NCBI GenBank assembly: GCA_963781885.1
Contig: CAWAHW010000002.1
Span: 1,472,001 to 1,536,000 of the forward strand
DNA: 64,000 nucleotides
Direction of reading: 5' to 3'
DNA from: an uncultured Spirochaetota bacterium
Lineage (GTDB): Bacteria > Spirochaetota > Spirochaetia > SZUA-6 > Fen-1364
Position numbers and translations under genes: made by a program. Positions 10,880-19,836 of the stretch are shown here, piece by piece; positions within the stretch are counted from its first letter, which is position 1; every line of letters begins with the position of its first letter. A model generated the notes under the pieces. The model searched no databases. It saw only the letters and a program-made list of their open reading frames with translations, and was not told where the DNA came from.

Positions 10880-11354
10880 GAACGGGTGTCCTGTTGGCGT
10901 GGCAAATGGCGATGGCAAGGGCATCAGCCGCGTGGTCGGGCGCCGGTATCTCGGAGAGACCGAGCACCACGCTCACGAGCCGCTGGACCTGCTCCTTGTC
11001 AGCCCGGCCCCTGCCGATGACCGCCTGCTTCACCTGCTGGGGGGAGTAGCAGCCGACGGGGATGTCGCGCTGCCCGAGGCTCATGAGCACGACCCCGCGG
11101 GCCTGTGCCACGAGCATCGCGCTGGAGACATTCTTGGAGAAAAACAGGTCCTCCACGCCGGCTTCCGCCGGCTTGAACCGCGTGAGGACCTTTCGGATTT
11201 CCGTGTGGATCTTCAGAAGCCTGTCAGAGAGAGGCGTGTCGGGATCCGTGACGATCACCCCGTGTCCGGCGTGGGAGAACCGCGAGCCGTCGAAGCGCAC
11301 GACGCCCCATCCGGTGGAGGCGAGCCCGGGGTCGATCCCGATCACCGTCCTCAT
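10857..11354 (-). CDS. ruvC: Crossover junction endodeoxyribonuclease RuvC
   Basis: IGIDPGLASTGWG, EDLFF, QARGV, DHAADALAIAICH. Confidence 0.96.
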   Translation of the reverse strand: MRTVIGIDPGLASTGWGVVRFDGSRFSHAGHGVIVTDPDTPLSDRLLKIHTEIRKVLTRFKPAEAGVEDLFFSKNVSSAMLVAQARGVVLMSLGQRDIPVGCYSPQQVKQAVIGRGRADKEQVQRLVSVVLGLSEIPAPDHAADALAIAICHANRTPVHVQQPHR

Positions 11355-11356
11355 TC

Positions 11357-11456
11357 CGGCGACGCGCAGCGGCGCATTTGTTTACTCGGCGACGCGCAGC
11401 GGCGCATTTGTTCACCCAGTGACGCGCAGCGGCGCATTTGCCAACCCGGCGACGCG
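11357..11456. repeat. 30-bp tandem repeat, ~3.3 copies, between yebC and ruvC
   Basis: Units start at 11357, 11387 and 11417 (core GACGCGCAGCGGCGCATTTG), plus a partial unit at 11447. Confidence 0.95.
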
Positions 11457-11463
11457 GCGCGTC

Positions 11464-12207
11464 CTAATCGCTCATCACGAAGCCGGCGGGGATCTCCAGA
11501 TTCGTGGCGACATTCTGGACGTCCTCGTGATCTTCGAGGTGCTCGACGAGGCGCAGGGCCTTTTCCGTCTTGTCGTTGTCCAGCGTGACATTCGTATCGG
11601 CCACGCGCACGATTTCCGCCATGGAGTGCTCGAATCCCTTTGCTTCCATGGCCTTCACGACCGCCTCGAAATCCTCCGGGGAGGTCGTCACCTCGATGGA
11701 GTCCGCGTCCGCGCTCACATCCTCCGCGCCCGCGTCGATGGCGACGGCAAGGATGTCATCCTCCTTGTACTTGGTGGCGTCGTAGTTGATGAGACCCTTG
11801 CGCTTGAACAGGTAGGCGACGCTTCCCGCCGCCCCGAGATTGCCGCCGCCCTTGTTCAGGAGGTTGCGTATCTCCGCGGCCGCCCTGTTCTTATTGTCCG
11901 TGAGGATGTCGATGAGAAGCGCGACGCCCCCCGGGCCGTACGCCTCGTAGAGGATTTCCTCATACGTGACGCCTTCAAGCTCGCCGGTGCCCTTCTTGAT
12001 GGCGCGGTCGATATTGTCCTTGGGCATGTTGGCGGCCTTGGCCTTCAGGATGACGGTGCGCAGCCGGGGGTTCATGTCCGGATCTCCCCCGCCCTGCCGC
12101 GCGGTGATGCTGAGCTCCTTGATGAGCTTCGTGAATGCCTGGCCTCGCTTCGCGTCCGCGATGCCTTTCTTATGCTTGATTGTATGCCATTTGCTATGGC
12201 CTGACAT
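11464..12207 (-). CDS. yebC: YebC/PmpR family protein
   Basis: MSGHSKWHTIKHKKG, NPRLR, YEAYGPGGVA, TDNKNR; classic yebC-ruvCAB context. Confidence 0.96.
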   Translation of the reverse strand: MSGHSKWHTIKHKKGIADAKRGQAFTKLIKELSITARQGGGDPDMNPRLRTVILKAKAANMPKDNIDRAIKKGTGELEGVTYEEILYEAYGPGGVALLIDILTDNKNRAAAEIRNLLNKGGGNLGAAGSVAYLFKRKGLINYDATKYKEDDILAVAIDAGAEDVSADADSIEVTTSPEDFEAVVKAMEAKGFEHSMAEIVRVADTNVTLDNDKTEKALRLVEHLEDHEDVQNVATNLEIPAGFVMSD

Positions 12208-12314
12208 GTTTCCCCTTCTCCTGTTGAAGTTTGAAAAAGAGTATCACACAGCCAAAAAGGTAGTCAAGGTATGCGGGTTTTTGCCAGCAATTGTCGGTTT
12301 GGCAACCGAATGAT

Positions 12315-12397
12315 GCAGTTCTCATTTTGTCCCATGGTAATAGGCCATTCTTGCGCAAGAATGCCCGGTCGTCAGCTCCCGATGGTGCAAAATGAGA
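12315..12397. repeat. Inverted-repeat (hairpin) element whose right arm is interrupted by the IS; continues at 13882-13886
   Basis: Arm GCAGTTCTCATTTTG (12315-12329) is the exact reverse complement of the reconstructed empty site CAAAATG-AGA-ACTGC. Internal perfect palindrome CATTCTTGCGCAAGAATG at 12346-12363. Confidence 0.8.
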
Positions 12398-12500
12398 CAA
12401 TATGAAGTGCCCCCAGGTGGTTGCTACAACGTGGATCGGCCGTATCATGAGATTGGCGTCTCGATGCGGCACGCCACAAACAACGCACAAGGGGGCAGTC

Positions 12501-13595
12501 ATGGGTATTGTACATTACGTTGGCATGGACGTCGACAAAGAAAAGATCGCCATAGCGATCCTGAGCGGGCGCGATCAGAAGCCGAGGGCCGAGACGGTGA
12601 TTCGCAATGAAAAGAGCGTAATCCAGGCCTATTTCAAGAAGCTCCAGTCCGCGGGGGACTTGGTGACATGCTACGAGGCGGGATGTCTAGGGTATTCCCT
12701 GTATCGACAATTGACGGAACTGGGTGTGCCGTGTGCGGTGCTGGCTCCGTCTCAGATTCCACATCGTCCGGGAGATCGCATAAAGACCGATAGAAGGGAC
12801 GCTGTGATGCTTGCTCGCGCACTTCGGAGCGGGGATGTGAGTGCCGTTCATGTACCCACGCGGGAAGACGAAGCGGTTCGCGACTATCTACGAATGCTGG
12901 AGGACATGAAGTCCGATCTGCGCAAGGCCAAGCAGCGCGTGCTGGGTTTTCTTCTGCGGAGGCGGATACGTTATGAACAAGGAGCCACATGGACGCAGCC
13001 GCATCGAGCATGGTTGCAGGCTCTTGAGTTGGAGGATCCGCTGGAGCAGTTGACTCTCACCGAGTACCGCTGCCAAGTCGACGAGCTGGAGGAGAAGTGT
13101 CGGCGGATCAAGGCGGGCATCGAAGAGATCGCGGCACGTAAAAGCTATGCCGAACCTGTAGCCAAGCTGAAGGCGTTCAAGGGCGTGGAGACGCTGATCG
13201 CCTTGTCGCTTGTTTCGGAGATCGGGGACTTTCGGCGCTTTGCAGGTGCGGATCAATTCATGGCGTTTTTGGGGTTGGTGCCCTCCGAGCGATCCAGCGG
13301 AAACAAGAGGCGCTTGGGAGGAATCACAAAGGCGGGTAATTCCCACCTGCGCAAACTTCTGGTGGAGGCCGCCTGGCAATACCGCAGCTACCATCCCAGT
13401 AGCACTCGGTTGATGAAACGACGCGAGGGTCTTTCTCCATCCTTGGTCAGCTATGCCAACCGTGCGTGCAGGCGGCTAAACAAGAAATTTCTGCGTCTGC
13501 TTTTTCGCGGCAAAGCTTCTCAGACCGTGGTGACGGCGGTGGCGCGAGAGCTCTCGGGGTTCCTGTGGGGCGCGATGGTTGATCGGGTGGCTTGA
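12501..13595 (+). CDS. IS110-family DEDD recombinase/transposase
   Basis: RuvC-like motifs VGMDVDK, CYEAG and KTDRRDA; C-terminal GLVPSERSSG...GGITKAGN..LR.LLVEAA, AVAREL. Confidence 0.95.
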   Translation: MGIVHYVGMDVDKEKIAIAILSGRDQKPRAETVIRNEKSVIQAYFKKLQSAGDLVTCYEAGCLGYSLYRQLTELGVPCAVLAPSQIPHRPGDRIKTDRRDAVMLARALRSGDVSAVHVPTREDEAVRDYLRMLEDMKSDLRKAKQRVLGFLLRRRIRYEQGATWTQPHRAWLQALELEDPLEQLTLTEYRCQVDELEEKCRRIKAGIEEIAARKSYAEPVAKLKAFKGVETLIALSLVSEIGDFRRFAGADQFMAFLGLVPSERSSGNKRRLGGITKAGNSHLRKLLVEAAWQYRSYHPSSTRLMKRREGLSPSLVSYANRACRRLNKKFLRLLFRGKASQTVVTAVARELSGFLWGAMVDRVA

Positions 13596-13599
13596 GGAG

Positions 13600-13860
13600 G
13601 CTGCGTATGCAATCGAGGCAACCGGGACGGATGGGGAAGGTTCGTGGCGAACGGAGAATCCTCGAGCGGTTCTGCAGGCAGACTATGGTCTGATCCTGGT
13701 AATGAGACGGAGGCAAGCTCCTGACGATCACATTGGCCTGCGGTAACCAATCCACGCATATCAGACTGGTCGATCGTCGGTTATGCCCTTCTCCATCTCT
13801 TCGGGTTGGCCTCGATGTTCAGAAGGAGTTCTAAAGAAAAAAGGAGGCTTTTAGAGCTTG
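13600..13860 (+). ncRNA. Putative bridge/seek RNA of the IS1111-type element (boundaries approximate)
   Basis: Two stem-internal-loop-stem modules carry target-matching (GCGGTTCT 13666-73, AATGAGA 13701-07) and donor-matching (CATATCAGAC 13757-66) segments. Confidence 0.75.
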
Positions 13861-13902
13861 ACGGGGGCACATCATATCAGAACTGCTGGGGTTTTTGCCC
13901 TG

Positions 13903-15141
13903 TCATGGCCACTGCACCGCGAGCTCCGGCAGGCCGTCTCTCTCGATTTGCACGGCGGCGTCGGCCAGGAGAAGGTCCAGGAGCATGAGGCCATCACCCG
14001 TCAGCCGTATCCGCGGCCCTCCCTCTTCTGGCACGGCCCATCCCTTTCGCTCCCACTGCTCCCACAGCCCGGGCAAGAGCTCTGCGAAGCTCCTGCCGAA
14101 TCGTCTTTCAAAATCCTTTCCCGCGATGCCATCGGCAAGCCTCAGCCCCATCATGAGTGTCTCCAGCAGCAGGTCCCGCGGAGAAACGGTCTCCACCTCG
14201 GCGCCCCACTGTGACTCGGCTCCCTTCAGGAATGCCTCGATGCTCTTGGGGTTGGAAAGCCGCACCGCGGCGCCTTTCTCCGTCCGGGCGCCGAGCAGTC
14301 TCTCCGCGGCTTCCATGGGCAAAGTCGAGACCGCCGCGGGCCCCGCACCTATGTATGGCTCGATCCTCCAATAGCGGATGTTGTGCCGACATTCCTTCCC
14401 TGCCCGCGCGAAATTGGACACCTCGTACTGCGCATACCTTCGGTTCTGCAGGGCAGCCCGACCGGCAAACCAGAGCTCCTCGTCTTTTTCCGCCGGATTC
14501 ATGACGATCTCTCCGCTTTCAACCAGCGCCTCCAGAGGTGTCCCCGGCTCGGTCGTGAGCTGATAGAGCGACACGTGGCCCGGCCAGGATTCGTCGACCA
14601 GCGCAAGGTCGCGCTCAACTTCCGCGACGCTCTGCCCGGGGATGCCGGCAATGAAGTCGAGGCTGAGCTCCCCGCGCCAGGCACGGTGAAGGAGCTCAAC
14701 GGCGTCGAGGCAATTCTTCCGCGATGCGTGACGGCGCAGGAGTGACAGCAACCGGGGCTGCAGACTCTGGATGCCGACGCTGAGGCGTGTGACGCCGGAA
14801 TCGCCGCAGAGCATGAGAAAGTCGCGGTCCAGGGTTTCCGGGTTCGCCTCGACCGTCCATTCCGAGGGCTGAAGCGGTGAGACGAAATCAAGCAACGACT
14901 TGAGCGTCGGTTTTGCGAGCACGCTCGGAGTGCCACCGCCGAAGAATACGGTCTGAACCCGGGGGTTCCCCGCGGCATCCAGCAGACGACGCGCCTGGAG
15001 CAACGTCTGTTCCGCCACGGCTGCCTGCACACTCTCCGTGACGCCGCGTTGGGGAACCGAGTAAAAGTCGCAATACAGGCACTTGTCCGTGCAGAAGGGA
15101 ACGTGGAGGTAGAGTGAAATGCCCTTTTCAGAGCGTGCCAA
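13903..15141 (-). CDS. hemW: Radical SAM heme chaperone HemW (HemN-like)
   Basis: LYLHVPFCTDKCLYCDF (CxxxCxxC), FFGGGTPS, EANPE, RLSVGIQS, YEVSNF, HNIRYW. Confidence 0.88.
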   Translation of the reverse strand: MARSEKGISLYLHVPFCTDKCLYCDFYSVPQRGVTESVQAAVAEQTLLQARRLLDAAGNPRVQTVFFGGGTPSVLAKPTLKSLLDFVSPLQPSEWTVEANPETLDRDFLMLCGDSGVTRLSVGIQSLQPRLLSLLRRHASRKNCLDAVELLHRAWRGELSLDFIAGIPGQSVAEVERDLALVDESWPGHVSLYQLTTEPGTPLEALVESGEIVMNPAEKDEELWFAGRAALQNRRYAQYEVSNFARAGKECRHNIRYWRIEPYIGAGPAAVSTLPMEAAERLLGARTEKGAAVRLSNPKSIEAFLKGAESQWGAEVETVSPRDLLLETLMMGLRLADGIAGKDFERRFGRSFAELLPGLWEQWERKGWAVPEEGGPRIRLTGDGLMLLDLLLADAAVQIERDGLPELAVQWP

Positions 15142-15879
15142 TGGAGCGCGGCGGCCAGTAGCGGTAGATGACCTTGCCCACGATGCGATCGCGGCTCAGG
15201 GGGCCCCACGACCTGCTGTCGCTGGAGGAAGGACGATTGTCCCCCAGGACAAAGTACTGGCCGTCGTTGAGCTTCGTCTCTTCGATGTTACCGGAGAGCG
15301 GGAAAGAGTCCTGCCAGCCGCGCGCATCGAGGGAGGTGCGGATGACGTAGTGGTCGGCGACGAGCTGTTGCTCGGGAACGAAGTCCGCCGATCCGCGCAC
15401 CTTGATGGAGAGAACGAAGTGGCTCATGCGGACCGTATCGCCGGGCATGCCGATGACGCGCTTCACCATGTAGCTGCTGACGCGCCCGCCGTAGAGGTCG
15501 CGCCGCAGAGTTGCCCGCTGCAGGGTGAAGAAGCTCACGAAAGGGCTGGAGGATCCGGGAGGCGACGGTGTTCTCCTGCAGGAACGGGGGCACGATCACC
15601 ACGAGCTCGCCGCGGGTGGGGCTTTCCAGTCCCGGCAGGCGCGTGGTCGTGAAAGGGAATGCGCGGCCCGTATGCCAGAGAGCTCACAATCACCCTGTCC
15701 GCGGGCATGAGGCCCGTCTCCATCGACTCCGATTCGATGCGGAACGTGGAAAAGAGCAGCGGCGAGACGAGAAGATAGAGGATCAGCGCGATGACAACGA
15801 TGCGCAGCAGTCGACCGCCGATCAGGCCCGCCCGTTTCCTGCCGGCCGGGGAGGAGTAACGCTCGACGGAACCGAACAT
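15128..15879 (-). CDS. lepB: Signal peptidase I (second copy), two apparent frameshifts (~15654, ~15541)
   Basis: SESMETGL.PADRV (Ser box), VKRVIGMPGD (Lys box) and YFVLGDNR..SSDSR.WG are spread over three frames; each shift is one extra base in a T-run. Confidence 0.8.
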
Positions 15880-15884
15880 CGCTG

Positions 15885-16937
15885 CTATCTGACACCCCCG
15901 ATGCGTCCCAGCGGCCAGTAGCGGAAGAGCCCCTTGCCGAGCACCTTGTCGAGCGCCACCGGTCCGAAGTAGCGGGCATCGCGCGAGTTGTCGCGGTTGT
16001 CGCCCATCGGGAATATCCGACCCTCCGGCACGTCGTAGCCTTCGTGAAGGCCGCGCCAGTCCGCTGCCGCCGCGAAGTTATCCGGCTCGATTGCCCAGGC
16101 AGTGGCGTCGTGCCAGAGGTTCACGTATTGCTCATCCGCCAGCACGCGCATCTGGTTGGTGTAGCCGGTCACCCGGCCGCTGGAATCGGCGTTTGCCACG
16201 TAATACGTCTTGATTGCCTTCTCCTGGTCGGCGGAGGCGGAAAATCCGTTGTCCAGCAGGCCTTCGCCGATGCCGACGGCTTTGAAGTCGGCGTACTGCT
16301 CGGGCTGGATGAGACGCGCACGGGGATAGGTGAATCCCAGCGCGGTCTTCATCTGATCCTCGGTCACCCACGCGGAGGCGCCGGGCGTGAGATACTCCAC
16401 GAGGCCTTTGTTCATGCGGATGCGGTCACCGGGCATCCCGATTGCGCGCTTGATGAGGAAGTGATGCTTCGGCTGGCCGTTTTCATCCTTGTCGATGTCC
16501 ACGAATGACAGCGTCACCATGTAGACGACGCGCTGGAGGATGTCCTTCAGAGGCCCGCCGCTGGAGAGGTACTCGGGACTTTCGAAGATGATGACGTCAC
16601 CGCGCACCGGTTGCCACGGCCCGGGGAGCTTCAGCATGCCGGGGATCAGCTCGGGTCCATAGACGTACTTGTTGACGAAGATACGATCCGTGACGAGAAG
16701 GCTCGGCTCCATCGACGCGGAGGGGATCTGGTAAGCCTGGAGGAGATACTGGTTGATGACCAGAACGATCACAACCGCCGAAAGTATCGCGTCCAGCCAG
16801 TCAACCACCGGGTTGCGCTTCTTCTGGCGCGCTTTGCGTGCGTCACGCCGCTTCTTGCGCCACGTGAGGTAGCGTTCGGTGACGCGCTGGATCCAGATTT
16901 CCCATTCAGACCACGTACCGGCCGTGCTTTCCGTCAT
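15885..16937 (-). CDS. lepB: Signal peptidase I
   Basis: QAYQIPSASMEPSL, IKRAIGMPGD, MGDNRDNSRDARYFG, RYWP. Confidence 0.95.
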   Translation of the reverse strand: MTESTAGTWSEWEIWIQRVTERYLTWRKKRRDARKARQKKRNPVVDWLDAILSAVVIVLVINQYLLQAYQIPSASMEPSLLVTDRIFVNKYVYGPELIPGMLKLPGPWQPVRGDVIIFESPEYLSSGGPLKDILQRVVYMVTLSFVDIDKDENGQPKHHFLIKRAIGMPGDRIRMNKGLVEYLTPGASAWVTEDQMKTALGFTYPRARLIQPEQYADFKAVGIGEGLLDNGFSASADQEKAIKTYYVANADSSGRVTGYTNQMRVLADEQYVNLWHDATAWAIEPDNFAAAADWRGLHEGYDVPEGRIFPMGDNRDNSRDARYFGPVALDKVLGKGLFRYWPLGRIGGVR

Positions 16938-17010
16938 AGATTCTCCGGCAGGACGATAGCACGCAACGAGAAACATTGACAAGCGATTGAGCCCTCCCTA
17001 TACTCGCCGC

Positions 17011-18667
17011 ATGCCGAAAAACGACAGGCAGGAGACACGAGCACCCGTTGCGGACGCGTCCGTCCACCTGAAGCCCATACTCGGTGTGCGGCCGGGCACG
17101 TATCTCAGCGTGTTCTACGGTGTCGTCCTCCTTCTGCTCATCTACCTCTTTCTCTTCCTCCCCGGCCTGCGGCATCGAGGGTCCTATCTCACCCTCACGA
17201 CCTATCCCGATCACGCGAATGTCACGATCGACGGCACATATGCGGGAAGCACACCCTGTACGATCTTCATGAAAACGGGTGAGCGTTCCGTGGAGATCAG
17301 CAGGCCTTTCTATACGCCTGTCACGCTGCAGGAGAAGGTGGGCGGCCGCGTATTCGGGACGCTTTTCGTGATGGACAGGAAACGGGTGACAGCCACGCTC
17401 TCGCCCGCTGATCTTCAAGGGCTTTCCGCCGCGGCCCTCCTGGATTTCCAGAAGAATCCCGGCATCCCCCAGATCATTTCTGACGCGGCGGAAGCTGCAT
17501 TCGACACCGACGGCCAGGATGCGCTCTATGGCCTTGTCGCGAACAGCATGCTGGTCGGCTCGGACGATCCGCTCTTGCGCGAAGCGCAGCTGCGGGAGCT
17601 CCTGCTCGCTGTCTCCCGCGTTGCATCCCGCGGGGAGTTTCTGTCGCCCGGCTCTCTTGTCGCTCTCGTCCAGCATGTCGCTCTGGACGCGCAAACGCGA
17701 TCGAATTACCCCGCGTGGCTCTACTACGTGCTCTCTCGATCGAACCAGGCAAAGATCGAAAAGAGCCCCTGGCTCATCGGCTACCTTGCCGCGTACAAGG
17801 AATCGGTTTCCAAGTATTACCAGCCCGGCGAGCTTCCCCCCGCGGGAAGCGGAGGCCGCACGTCGATCGGCTCCATCGCTTTCCATGCCATACCGGCCGG
17901 CGATCTCGTGATGGGAAAGGACGAGAACCTCGACACATTCGGCACGACGCGCGCCATCGACAAAATGCTCGCGCATCCCGTTCACGTGGACGCATTCTAT
18001 CTCGGCGACACGGAAGTGACGAACGCCGCTTTCTTCTCATTTGTGCAGGCCAATCCCGACTGGGCGCCGGCAAACAGGGACGTACTGGCGGCAAAGGGAT
18101 TGGCGACAGACACGTACCTGGCGGACTGGACGGGCGACAGGGTGCCGGCGGGCAAAGAGGACTTTGCCGGTGACCGGCGTTTCGTGGTACGCCGCTTCTG
18201 CTTTCTGCACGTGGCTCTCAGAAAGGACGGCGTCGGCGATGCCCGGATACATCGCGCGGCTTCCGTCGGAGGCCGAGTGGGAATGGGCGGCGCGCGGCGG
18301 TTTGCGCGGCATGTCCTACCCTCTGGGCGGCAAGCCCGGCGCGGCCGTCTTCTTCACCAAGGGCATCCGCGGTCCGAGCCCGGTCGGAGCTTCCGAGCCC
18401 AACGCGTACGGTCTGCGCGACATGCTGGGCAATGTGTGGGAGTGGTGCGCCGATGCTTTCAGCCCGAACGCGGGCCTTCTCTCATCTTTCGACCCCCAGG
18501 TGAATGCGGCGCTTTCCCAGAGTCTTGTCGATGGTCCCGATCGCGCCGTGCGCGGCGGCTCCTGGGCCGACCAGTCCGGCACCGACAAGGTCTATACGCG
18601 CGGCGCCCAACCCGCGGAGTGGTGCACGCCATACCTCGGATTCCGGGTTGCGCTGGTCCGTCGCTGA
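17011..18667 (+). CDS. Membrane-anchored PEGA + FGE-sulfatase (SUMF1/EgtB/PvdO-like) domain protein, apparent frameshift at ~18164
   Basis: TM, then T.PDHANVTIDGTYAGSTP (PEGA), F.LGDTEVTN, and after the shift PVTGVSWYAA.AFC.W, RLPSEAEWEWAARGG, N.YGL.DMLGNVWEW, RGGSW, GFRV. Confidence 0.85.
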
Positions 18668-18676
18668 AAGGGTCGC

Positions 18677-19144
18677 ATGGCCAAGACCGGTGAGGGCGGC
18701 ATCAAGGTCCTCGGCGTCAACAGGAAGGCGCGTTTCAATTACACCATCGACGAGACATTCGAATGCGGGCTCTCCCTCGTCGGCACGGAGGTCAAGTCGA
18801 TCAAGGACGGCCGTCTTTCCTTCGCCGACTCCTATGCGACCGTGCAGAACGACGAGCTGTGGCTTGTCGATTTTCACGTCACCCCGTACGCTTACGGAAA
18901 CCGCGTCAATCATGACCCTCTGCGCCGCAGGAAGCTTCTCGTGCACCGCAAGGAGATCAAGCGCCTGAAACGCCTGATCGATGAGAAGGGATTGACCCTT
19001 GTTCCGCTGAAGTTCTATCTTAAGAGAGGAATGGTGAAGTGCGAGCTGGGCATCGCAAAAGGCAAAAAGCTCTTTGACAAGCGTGATGACATTCGCAAGA
19101 GAGACCAGAAAAGAGAGCTGGAGCGCGAATACCGGGTGAAGTGA
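18677..19144 (+). CDS. smpB: SsrA-binding protein SmpB
   Basis: NRKARFNY, G..LVGTEVKS, NHDPLR.RKLL.H.KEI, AKGKKLFDKR. Confidence 0.98.
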   Translation: MAKTGEGGIKVLGVNRKARFNYTIDETFECGLSLVGTEVKSIKDGRLSFADSYATVQNDELWLVDFHVTPYAYGNRVNHDPLRRRKLLVHRKEIKRLKRLIDEKGLTLVPLKFYLKRGMVKCELGIAKGKKLFDKRDDIRKRDQKRELEREYRVK

Positions 19145-19274
19145 GGATGTGCGCCGCTTGGGCGCGCTCGCCCTTCCGCCGTCTGCTTCGCAGCCGGCTA
19201 CGGGCTTCGCACGCTGCCTTCGGCGTTTCCTTCGGAAACGCCTGCGGGCTGCGTTTCGCATTGGCGAAACGCTC

Positions 19275-19622
19275 GGGGGTGTAACGGTCTCGACTGGGGT
19301 CGGTTCGGCCCTGGGCTGCAGGTGGAGCGCCAGTCTCCTAAAAATGGCAAAAAAACAACTGCCAACAACGCAGATTACGCACTCGCCGCTTAGTTGCGAC
19401 GACGGGTCCCTGGAGCGTGGTACCGAGCATCCGGGGGGGCCTGTAACAAACCGGGACTCACCTGACCGCATGCCTGTGGGCGGCTAGGGAAAACAAAGCA
19501 GGCTCTGGCGATGAGCGGGATGCCGCCTCCCACACTCACCGCCGAGGCTTCAACGCGCGGATAAACCTGTAGACGTTCTTGGCTAACACTCTAGGACGCG
19601 GGTTCAACTCCCGCCACCTCCA
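19275..19622 (+). ncRNA. ssrA: tmRNA; tag peptide (A)ANNADYALAA* at 19361-19393
   Basis: 5' GGGGGTG...CTCGAC; 3' T-arm GCGGG-TTCAACT-CCCGC and acceptor CACCTCC-A with a G3:U70 pair; tag ends YALAA-TAG; adjacent to smpB. CCA is not encoded. Confidence 0.95.
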
Positions 19623-19836
19623 CGAGCGTGTTTTTTGTAAAGTAGAAAGTTAATTATCTTGCGATTGCGGCCATGGCTCATCGGGCAGCCGCTCGAAGCC
19701 ATGGCCAGAAGAAAAGGCGCATTCTCTGCCTACTTTTGCGTCACGCCTTGTCATGGCAAGAAAACGGCCGGCAAACGTGTTGTGCTCAATTGAAAAGCTT
19801 CTGATAGCAGATTCCCGCCCCAGGTCGGGAGGCCAC

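Larger units (their letters stand above)
12395..13881 (+). mobile_element. IS110-family (IS1111-type) insertion sequence
   Basis: Sub-terminal inverted repeats ATATGAAGTGCCCCC (12400-12414) / GGGGGCACATCATAT (13863-13877), 14/15 match; AGA core at both ends (12395-97, 13879-81); long 3' non-coding region; DEDD transposase. Confidence 0.92.

Noticed and set aside
11357-11456. 30-bp repeats as a CRISPR array
   Set aside because: The units are contiguous, with only about 10 semi-conserved bases between cores, no unique spacers and no cas genes.
12402-12500. N-terminal extension of the transposase from ATG 12402
   Set aside because: That ATG lies within the left inverted repeat; ATG 12501 has a purine-rich SD and directly precedes the first catalytic motif.
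15128-16937. Tandem signal peptidase I genes as a novelty
   Set aside because: Multiple adjacent lepB genes are already known in spirochaetes.
19149-19487. 112-aa ORF after smpB
   Set aside because: It overlaps the hairpin cluster and tmRNA and has no protein-like features.
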